37,422 nt of DNA from a virus (Duplodnaviria > Caudoviricetes). The stretch covers positions 1 to 37,422 of the IMG/VR virus record IMGVR_UViG_3300033122_000112; one strand, written 5' to 3'. Shown here one piece after another: positions 11,901-23,900 of this stretch. The stretch's first letter is position 1, and each line of letters begins with the position of its first letter. The notes under the pieces are model-generated. The model made no database searches, was not told the origin of the DNA, and was given only the letters and a program-made list of their open reading frames with translations. Both the position numbers and the translations under genes were made by a program.

Positions 11901-14900
11901 CTCCAGATAATGTATGAGTAGTTGTGTTGGAAGGTGTATATCCATTAAGAACATTTATAGTGACAGAATTACTTGTAACAGCATCAATAGGGATTGCCTC
12001 AGCGACTGCAGGATCACCTTCTATAATTCCACCCTTAGTAGCAGATACAAATGTGTGAGTTGTTGTATTTGTAGAAGGAATCTTATCAAGTACTTGAACT
12101 GTAAATGTGGTTGTAGTTGGAATAGTTTCTACAAACAACCATCTATTACTTGCATAATCTGTAGATCTTGGATATGGATGATTAGTTGCGTTATTATCTT
12201 CATTACATGTAAATGTGAGAGATAGATCTTGGAACATAATTGGAGTTCCTACTCTAAATCCATGAGCAGCAGCAGTTGTGACTGTCATTATGCCAGTTAC
12301 AGGATTATAAGATGTACCAGTTGTAGCAGTATGTCTATCTTGTTCAGATCTAGGATATAAATGTTCTGTAGCATTACTATCTTGTGTACATGTAAAGACT
12401 AGAGAATTAGGTGCTAACTTAATAGTTGAGTTTGCTTTACTTACACCACCAGATGTTGCACTTACAAATGTATGAGCAGTGACGTTAGTAGAAGGAATAT
12501 TATCTAAAACCTGTACATCAAATGTGTTTGTTGTGACATTGAAAATAGGAATCCACTTATTACTTACAGCATCAGTAGATCTTGGATAGTCATGGTTTGT
12601 AGCATTGTTATCTTGTGCACAAGTAAATCTCAATGAGTTATCTGCAATCTTAACTTTCTCACCATTAGAGAAGTTATGACCTGCAATAGTCAATGTCATG
12701 ATACCTGTTGAAGGCACATAGACTGCATTTGTGACTGTATGGGTTGTTGGAGCAGGAAGACTATGGTTTCCAATAGTTAACACAAGTGCACCTGTGGTAG
12801 CATTATATGATCCTTGTCCAGTAGGTATGTAAGCAACTGTTGGTGATTTACCAATATTAACTGTAATTGTATTATCTCTCTTAATAATGCTGTGCTCAAG
12901 AGCAGATACAAATGTATGAACATATTGATCGGCAACAGCACCAATACCTACATTAACTTTGACTGTATCGTCTGTCTTTTCTTCAATTCTTAACCATCTC
13001 TGTGCAGCAGGATCAGTTGCTCTAGGATAAGAATGAGTTGTTTTATTACCATCTTTAGTACATGCAAATGTTAGAGAATTTAATTCAATTCTAATTTCAT
13101 TATCAGTTGTTAATCCATGACTAGGAATGGTAATAACCATATCACCTGTTTGTGCATTGTAGCTTGCATTAGTTGCAGTTAGAGGTGTACCATTAGTCCA
13201 GATTGGGAGTGATGTATTATAACCAGGATCATCAGTTCTTGGATATGAGTGTATAGTTTTGAAGTTATCTTGTGAACACTTGAATGATACCGCATCTTTA
13301 GAAAGTCTGAGTGTTTCTCCAGAACGAACCATAGAGTTAGGTAGTGCATACTGGAATGTATGAGTTGTAGTATTACTTGAAGTACCTACGTTAACATCAA
13401 ATGTATTTGTGGTGACATTGCTTATTGCTAACCACTTATTGTAATAAGGATCAGTAAGTCTAGGATATGGATGATCTGTAGCATTACTATCTTGTGCACA
13501 TGTAAAGACTAATGAATATACATCAAACATTACTCTATCACCGACATAGAATCCGTGATTAGCGATAGTAATTGTCATTACACCTGTTGATGGATTATAA
13601 GCAGCTCCCTCAGGTGTATATTTCCAAGCAGTTCTTAGATCATTATCACCAATGTCCATAGTCATGAATCCAGTCTGACCATTATAAGTGGCATCAAGAA
13701 CTGTGTAATTTACAGTTGGTGATTTACCTACATTAATACTAAAGTTATTAGCATCAATTCTGGTGACTTCCATCCAACCTTGTCCAGCTGGATCATCAGG
13801 ACGAGGATAAGATTGTGATACTGTATTACCATCTGATGTACATGTCATGGTAATAGAGTTTGGTTTCAACTTAATTCTATCACCAGTCTGAAGATTATGA
13901 CCATTAGATGTGATTCCTAAAACACCAGTGGTAGCAGTATATGTGGCATTACTTGCAGTTATTTCACGAGGTGAAAGTAATCCATGACTGTTGCTAGTAA
14001 GAACCATAGCACCAGTAGCAGGATTATATGTTGCACCTGTAGGAGTAAAGTTTACAGCAGATGGATAATCAGAATCTTTTAGAGTTCCATCATATACCTG
14101 TGTGAATGAATGACTTGTATCTTGAATATCCCAAGGAACATTATTAATAACAAATTTAGATATTTTCTCTACAATTTCAGTTGCATATACTTCTTGTGGA
14201 ACATCACCCTCAATAGTTCCTGTTGCTATTGATATTGGATTTGTTGTTCTATTAATGTATGATGCAGATGTAATCCAGATATGACTATTACTACCATTAC
14301 GAAGGTCGTCTACTAATGCTTGTATGAGAACTTCAAGTCTTGCTAATTGAGCACTATCTCCACCTTTAACAGTATGTGCAGGGAATACCTGCTTCATGAT
14401 ATATAGTGCTTCTGCTTTTATAAGTTCTTTATTTGTTAAAATATGATCAGCAGCATTTAAGTATCTGTGTGTTCTACCAACAAATCCAGCTGGTGCACCA
14501 GTTGTACGAGATGTTGCTAGTATAGAATCATTATTAAATTCGTCTCCGATAGCAGGACTAACAAAACCAGACCAATCTTCTGTATATGTTTGACCATTAG
14601 ACCCATCAAAGTGAACTAATAATTTAGTATTTGTATCACCCTGATGTATTCCAGTTTGAGAAGTAAATGCTGAACTATAACGATTACTATTAGATACCCT
14701 TAATTCATCAATATATCCTGTAAATCCATTAGCACCATTATAATCCATACCAACTCTAATTGGTTTAGTAGCAAAATTACTACTATCAGTTCCAGTTCCT
14801 ACCTCAACACCATTCAACCAAATCTTAGTGGTTGAACCAGATCTAACAATAGCAACATGATACCATGTAGCATTATTAAGAGTAGTAGCACCAGATGTGA

Positions 14901-17900
14901 CAAGATCTGATCCATTTACATTATAACGAATCTGAGCTGCTTGTAGATATACTCTAACAGCAACTTCAGTTGCGTTTTCTCTTTGATCTAATAAAGTTGC
15001 AGTTCCAGATATTGCTGCAGAGTCAGGATTGACCCAGAACTCTAAAGTAAATGCACCAGTCCCCCAAGCAAATTCACTAGAAGCAGCGATATTTACATAA
15101 TCTCCTGTGCCATCTAATAATAGTGATGATCCACCAAACTTAAATGATCCAGTAGATATTTGTGCATTACCTGCAAATGTAATAGCATGTATATCTTGAC
15201 CATTATACTGACATCTACCAATCTTACCAAGATAAACTGTTTTTCTTGCTTGACTGTATCCAACAACTTCTGCTTTAGTTCCTTCACCTTCTGCTAGAGA
15301 ACCAATTCTAATAGTTTGACCCGCTACAAAGAATCCAGTTCCTTTTTGATTTGTAAATGTCAACTTACGTATCTTAGCATCTTCTGCAGAATCAAAATCT
15401 CCATTGGAATTACCATATTCTATCTTGTAATTTCTAATATCTTCACCCTCTGCTAAAGCACCACTAGCATTATCATAGGTAATTACATAGTTGTTAATTT
15501 GTTCAGTAGCAGGGAAGTTTTCATTAAATGGAGTATTGTTATCTGTAAAGTCAACAATATTAACTGAAGAATTAGCAATATTATCAAGAACAACGTTTGG
15601 ATATGTCTGTGATGTAATTCTGTTGAATAGTAAACCGAAGAATGATGATCCTGGTGATATATTAACCTGACCAATAAACTCATTAGTTGTAGGATCTTGG
15701 TATACACTTGAGGCAGTGACCTGTGCTACAACACCTGACTGTGCAGCAATAATATAGTCATTAAGTTGAATGTCAAATAAACCTGGTGTAGATTGATATG
15801 TACCTGCAGTCTTACTTAAAGTTAATTGATCTGTGACTAATATATCAGTACCGTAAACAGGAACATCTTCTTGATGTGAAACTGCAGTAGTACCATTCTG
15901 TGCTCTGGTCACAGTAAGAGTTGTAGACTCACTACCTTGTGTGATAGCAGACACTAATACAATTTCAGATCCAAATTGATAGTTTTTACCTGCTGTAAAT
16001 GTTCCAGCTGGGACTGCAGCATCAGCAGCAGTATTATCAGTTCTATATGCTACTACTTCTATAGAAGTTGTAGATAAACCAACAGTATAACGAAGTTGAG
16101 CAAGAGGTATTTCCTGACCTGTCTGTAAGTTAACTTGTTCAACTTTTGCAGTATCACCATCAAAGTTAGTGACTTGCTCACCAAATATGAATAATCCACC
16201 ACTAGCAACACCACCAGTTACAGTATAAGTTGTACCAGAGAACGCTGCTCCACCAGATAAAGTAGCAGTTATAATTTCATTTGTTTGGAAATTACCTAAA
16301 GTAACTGTTCCTGATATTGTAGTACCAACAACTTGTGTGATTGTTAACTGAGCACCAGATGTTGCACCTGTAAATACTGTACCTGCAGTCACATCTGCAG
16401 CAGCAGGGAAGTTTCCAGTAGTGACATTATTGATGTTTATATCAGCAGTTCTTGTAGAAATATTAGCAGAGAATCCAGTAGCACTAACTGTACATAATTC
16501 ACCACCGCCACCTGCAGTAGGTAAAATAAATGTTCCTTGAGTTATAAAACCAGTGATAGTATTACCAGTGACTTTTGTTACTGTTAAGCGAGCATTGGAT
16601 GAAGTACCTACGACAGTATTACCAACATTAGGGAAAATACCACTGATATTAGTAAATGTAAGATCAACCGTTTGTATAAGATTAATAGTGACGTTTACAT
16701 ATTTGACACTAGCAGGAGGTTGTGGTGGTTCAACGAATACTATTGAGTCCTGTTGAATTGAGAATGCAGTACCAGGTGTTTGTACAACACCGTTAAGTAC
16801 GATCATTAACTGGTTTGCGTTAGCAACAATATTAGTTTGATTAACTTGTAGTGGGAATGAAGTTCTTTCACCATCAAACAGAGATGATATATCATCAATT
16901 CTTTGTACAACAGATGTTAGAATATTCTCAGAAGAAGTTAATCGTTTCTGTCTGAATAATACCTCAGTATTATTGAATGCAGTATAAACAGGTTCTACAA
17001 GAGCAAAGTTTTGTATATTAGGAACTATCGCTTCTTGTGCTAATTCAACAGATTTAGTTAAAGAGAAGAATGTTTCTTTGTTAGGAATAAATCCATACTC
17101 ATTTAAGTTAAGTTCACCAAATACTTTGAATGATGCAGGGTGAACGTTCTTAATAAGAATCTCTTTCCATTCACTGATAGAAGTAGAAGATTTAACAGCA
17201 TAAGAGAAATCCTGATAATAGTAAGAGTCTTGAATCTTCTGAATAATCTCAGATGGTTTACCAACGTCATCAATAAACTGACCAGTAGTTCTAGTGATAG
17301 AACCAATTTCAAGAACACCACGAGCAATTTTAAGATCAGTAATAATACCAGAAGATTTAGATATAACACCAGTGATTCTTTGATTCTCTGCAAAGTCTCC
17401 AGTGTAGTCAACAATCTTAAGAATTCTAGGTCCTACCTGCCAACCAGAGTTTGTAGATACAAATCCTTGGGCAGTTGCAGTAGCAAGAGAATCACCTTGA
17501 TATACAAGTTCTCCTTCTAAGAAAGTAGAGGTAATAACATTTGCTTCAGCAGAACCACCGAATGATTCAGTCAATACTTGCTGACGACCTGTACCTGCGT
17601 TAGAGAATGATAAAGCATCACCAAGTTCAGCGTTAGCAGCAGTAATAGCAAGTTTTAATTGATCATCTTCTAGTGAGTTTGCAGTACCAGATATCGCATA
17701 GTAAGTTGTGCTTCCATTTAATCTACCAACAGCACCTGCAGATAGAGGGAAGTCAGCACCATCACCAGTATCAACAACATTTAATGTGACTGCAGCACCA
17801 TTTGCAATACCGTGTGGGAAAGCAAACTGTAGTAATCCTAAGTCAAGGTTTATAACATAGTTAAATGAAGATCTTAATGAAACTGTAGGAGTTGATGAAT

Positions 17901-20900
17901 ATCCTGCACCAGGATCTTTAACAATAATAACATCTAGTCTACCATTCTTAATTGTTGCTTCAGCAACAGCACCAGAACCTCCACCACCAGTGACTATAAC
18001 AGCAGGTGCTTGTGAATATCCAGTACCTGGATCTGTAATGGTAATACTATCAAGTATACTTGTAGAAGTAAGCTGTGCGTTTATTGGGAATGATATTTCA
18101 GGGCGTAGTGTGTAGTCATGTGGATAATCATAACCAAAATTATTGTTCTTAAGTTTCTTAATCTTACCAACATTTGCACCCTTAGTAAATACAGATGCTC
18201 CTGTACCTGCTGATGGTATAACAACCACTAACTCAGCACCAGATCCAGTCAATCCAGTTCCAAGTATGCCAGGTATAGCGTTAATATCAATCGATGCAGT
18301 AGTATAATTTTTACCTGGTGATGTGACAACTACATTATTGATTTGACCAGGAATTGTTGATCCTTCTGCATCAGTTCCATCTGCAACAGTGATAGAAACA
18401 AATCCACCTTCACCATCACCAGTAATAGGAACGCCATTATAAGTTCCAACTGCATATTCAGTACCTGGTGCATTGATCTGCACTCTTTCAATTTGTCTAC
18501 TTGATGTAATACCGCTAACAATAGGCAACTTAGTATAGAAACCACCTGGATTGACAATACGAATATCACCAATAGAACCAACTGCCTTAGTAGAACTTGT
18601 TGTGTAAGATGCTTGAGATATAGTTGCAGCAGCTTCTGGTTCATTAGCGAGTGGAAACTTAAGTATATCAGCACCTTTAGTAATGGTAGCACCTGCAACA
18701 GAACTTATCTCAAATGTTCCGTCATATGGAGAATTTACAACATCAAGATAACTACCAGGTACCACTGGGCTATCATCACCAGTTCTTGATGGATCAAAGT
18801 AATATGATATATTTGTTACTATATTTCTATCAACTTTAAGCTTTACTGTAGGTGTTGGTTGTCCACCACCAGTGACACCAGGTGTACCAACTCTTTCTAT
18901 AGAGTTGAATGAATATTCTAGTTTGTATAGATTATCTTTTGCAAATGATAAGTTTCCACCTGCCATAGATGAATGACTAAGATCAAACAAATACTGATGA
19001 CCATAGTACATCTTTAATGTTGGTGATTTAACAAAAATACTTACATCAGATGCATTTGTAGCAGGAGCAGTGAGAGCTGCTTGATCTAGTTTGTATGTAA
19101 ATTCTAAAGGACTAACAACTCTTTCTACAGCAAATGCACCATCATACTCATCATATGAGGTAGCCCCTATAGTTTGTGTTGGGTTTCCATCAACATAAAC
19201 CATATCACCCTTATTTAAGTAATGGCTTGTATTTGTAATTACATAAACCTCATCACTATTTGCTACAGCAGTTGCTTGAAGAATCTTAGTTAGATTAGCA
19301 ACTAGGGTAATCTTAAGAACACCTGTTAATCCACTAATTGTTGCTTGAGAGTAATCGCTATTCCATGTAATTGCACCAGATCCTATAGTGACTACAGATC
19401 CAACAATATATGCAGATGATCCAGAAACTTGATCTATTCTTACAGAGTAGTCAGCATCAGCATATGGTTTAAATGTTGCGAATGAATCTAGATTACCTGT
19501 GCAAGAGTTAATAGTAAACTTGGCATCACCATTACCACCACTAACTACTACTTCGTCTCCAACTTTATATCCAGATCCTGCAGCTCCACCCGAATCTATA
19601 GAAATAGATTGTATAACACCACCAGATGCAGTGTAGTCAACTAACAATCCAGATGCTTCGCCATTGGTTGTAGTTGTTGCAACACTATCACCAGTATTAG
19701 GATAACCTGTACCTGCTGCTGTTAAAGCAATAGTTGCAGGTATATCTGCTATTGTACCATCTAAATCAAAACCATCTAGGTTGATAATAAATGTACCAGG
19801 TGTTTGATTATTGATTTCTGCAAACGTGTAATTTGATATTTCATTGATATCATTAGGTATTGCACCAGTAATACCATAATTACTTTGCTCATTAAACTGT
19901 TCTGTAGATAATTGACCAGTGTTTAGATCATTACTCCATGCATTATTATTAACTGCTAAGTATACAATGTTATTTGCATCATCTTTTCTAATAATATATC
20001 CACTATTAACAAATTGACCAGAATCATTTTTTAGAACTAACTTAGAACCAACAGAGAAGTTAAATGCCTGATTGATAGTCAATGCTTGAACATTATCAAT
20101 CTTAATTGTAGGTGTAACTTTAAAGTAGTATCTGTCCTTAACAACTGCAGTCACTTTTAATTTTTGTGAACCTGGTGAAGGAACAGTAGCAGTTCTAGAA
20201 CTCCAAATATCTTGAACATGAGATAATGTCTCAGTGTCCTCAGTCATAGTTGTAGTACTGTCATCAAAGTCTAATGACTGATAACCTGCCTCTCCAAGAG
20301 CATAACCATTTACATTGATAGTAAGAGGTGAACCAATAACAGGAGTCACAGCAGTTCTTGTGAAAGTTATACCAGTATTAGCTTTCTTACCTTGGTTCCC
20401 TAATCTTGTTGCATCAGCATTCTTATCACTCTTAAGACCAAATCCTGCATATTCAATGTAATCATAACGACTCATATGATCTGCAAACCATGCATCATCA
20501 ACCCAATTAAATGTAAGACCATATGCACCTGCAGTAGGTAATGCAAGGATATCACTAGGAACTGTTGGTGTGATTGCTCTATTTCTTAAGCGTAAGTGAT
20601 CTATATGATATTGACCTTGTTCGTTAGATCTAAACTGACCTAGTGTACCATTTGCACCAGGTATATTACCAAAGTATAAATCTTTAGCACCTAATGAAGT
20701 TCCTGATATAGTACCAGTAAGAACCTCAATTCCGTTTACGTATGCCTTAAATGTATCACCACTCTTAGTGACTGCAATTGCTTGCCATGTATTATCAGCA
20801 TATAAGTTTGTTTGTGATGATGTTAAAGAACTACCTGCAGAGTTAATACTTGTAGTACTATTAGTAATAGTCAGAGTCAAAGGACCACTCGGACCTGCAG

Positions 20901-23900
20901 AACTCTGATCATAATATAAATGTAGTCCACCAGTAGATACTGTGGCATCACCTATAGCAAAAAGTGTTTCTTTAGGTTGGGAAAATACATTACTGTTTGT
21001 GGCATCCTTGAATATAAAGAATTCTAGAGTCCAATCACCTGCAAGTTTCTGTCCTAAATCTGTACCTGCAAATTTTATGTTAGTATTAGTCCAAACACTT
21101 GGTGCTGCAGTTGTGGCACCTAATATCTTACCCCATCCACCAGAGGTATCATAACTAAATGAATCACTTGTGCTTGTGAGAGCAGCAGTATAATGTGTTG
21201 TGGTATCTGTAAGAGCACTAGATGTAAATGGTATTACAAACTCATTTCTATTCCAATATGTTTGACCAAATGTATGAACATCACCAGATGTATCAACATC
21301 CAATCCATGAATTTGTAGACCCTCTATATTATCGGCAGTAAATTCTGTAGTTGTATGATTTTTAATTGTACCATTATATCCGATCTTTAATACATCAACA
21401 GTCTTATATTCATTAGTATTATTATCTCTAGTATATGCAATATTAAGATCACCAAATAAATCAATAGCAGACTTACCACATGATGTGACATCTCTACCAG
21501 GTGTTAGATAACGATAGTTCCATATTAGTGCTCCTGTACTATCAATCTTACCAACCCAAATACTATCTCTATCTGTATCATTTGCTTTTTGTCTACATGT
21601 AGCGTTAATATAGATTTCATTAAACTCATCTATAGCAATGCTAGTGTCTATCATAGAATGTAGAGAATTAGCATAAGTATTGATCCAGTCAACAGTAATA
21701 GCATTGACTCCAATCTGACACTTACCAACAGCAACATCAACATCTAAAGCATTAACTGTAGATGCAGTCTCCATACAGAAGTAAACATCCTGTCCACCTG
21801 TTGCTGAGTTGTAATTACAAATAATATCAGTAATTCTTTCAGATTTATTTGCAGAAGCAAATTTTCTCTTAATGGCAAAATTACCCGATGTATCAATAGA
21901 TGCTATGAATGCATCATCAGGGTTTGCAGAGTTTGTATTTGTGTATCCACCGATTATATAACGAGTATCACTATACTTCTTAATTATTGTGATATGATCA
22001 GCACGAGTACCACCAGATATACCTGCATATGCTTTTTGGAAAGCAAGTGTTGCACTTAGACCGTTTGCTGCCTGTGTATACTTACAAAGTATAACGTCAG
22101 GATTATATGCATTAAGAATACTACTATTTGGTTTATTAATACCTACAACCCAAACATCATTACCATCAACATATAATGAATTAAATTCTGCGTAATTTAA
22201 CCCACTACCGAGTTCAAGAGTTTTAGACCATTCTTTAACACCAGTTGCTGATAATTTTGAGACGAATGCGACAACGTTGCCACTTGCATCTTTTGTTTTA
22301 CCACAGATGAATACTTCTTTGTTATCATTGACGAAAGTATCATTGACTTTGACATAATTGTTATTATTAATGAATGATAGATAATAATCTGCTTTTTTAA
22401 AGATCTGTGGATGTGAAAGTATAACTCTTGGGTTAGATGTATACCCAGAACCAGAGTTAATAATATTAACAGTATCAATAGAACCTACACTTGTCACAAT
22501 TGCCTCTAGTTCACCATCTTGACCGCTAGTGCTATCAATAATAATTGTAGGAGGAATATCAGTATTATATCCAGAACCAGTCTGTGTAATTTGTATTTCT
22601 TCTATACCTTTATATTGACGAACAGTAAACTGTTTGTTTGTATTGTCCATCACAGGTGTATAGTCAACGAATATACTATCACCTGCAACTAGATTATGAG
22701 GACTAGAAGTTGTTAGAACACCAAAGTTATTACCACTTATACTCTCAAAAGTATATGCTGAGACTGTTTCTCCTTTAATACGAGAAACACGTGCAGATGC
22801 ACCATCACCACCAGTTCCTGTATTATCAAAGACTAATCTATCATTTACCTGATATGATTGACCTGAGTTTTCAATAGTAAATCCAGTGACGTTAGCATCT
22901 TCAAATTTATTAGTTGTTTCTACTTCAATATCAACTTTCGAGTCAAATCTAACTTTAGGGAAGTAATCAAAGAGTTGTAGAGGTGATTCTTCAAATAATT
23001 GACCTAGATTAACTTCTGCTGATTCTTCAGCATCTATCTGTCCATCTCTATTAGTATCTTCTGGATCAAAGAGTAATATTGCACCATCTTCAGTTGTTAG
23101 AGCATTTGTAGAAGCATTAGGTGCTCTTTCAACATCAATATCAACATTCTCATATGGATCACGATATCTTACAACACCAGTTGGAATATTTTGCTGCACT
23201 GCACTTGTGCTTAAGTTCCATGTATCAACAACAGAGTTAAAACTAGGACCTAAGACATAAGGGAATTCTGGATTACCTGCCTCTGTAGCATCTATAGTGA
23301 CAAAGTAGCAGTATCTACCTGTAGGGTAGTCAGGTGTCTTACAAAATCTACCATTGTACTGATCTAGATCACCAAGGTTGAAAACATACTCATAATCTTC
23401 AACAAAATTACCTGCTGCCTCAACAGATAGTAGAGGACCTGCAGTTCTTACAGGAGATGGATTATTTGAAGTTTGTACAAGAGCAGGTTTAACTCTATAT
23501 GAAGTTCTTAATCTTGTAATTTCAGATGACTGGTCGGTAGGATCAGTATATCCATAAGGACCGTAAATTGGGTTTCCGTCAAATGCCCAACCAATGATAG
23601 GAGAGTGTTGTAGTTGTGTTTCTTGTTCAGTAATAGTTCCTACAACTGCCTCTTGTAAGTTATCACCTAGAATGAAACGTAGTTTTTGTGGATTTGATAG
23701 GTGAGCATATTCTCCACCATACTGATTATTATATCCTTCAAATACTCCACCTTTAGCAGCGTCTAATACAGATGTTGCTTGTAAGTTATATGTCCACTTG
23801 AATACTGAAGGTGTAAAGACTGCATCCTGACCAACAGATGTCATATTAATAAGAGTAGTTCCTTGAACGTATCCAATACCACGGTTAATAATGGTGATAC

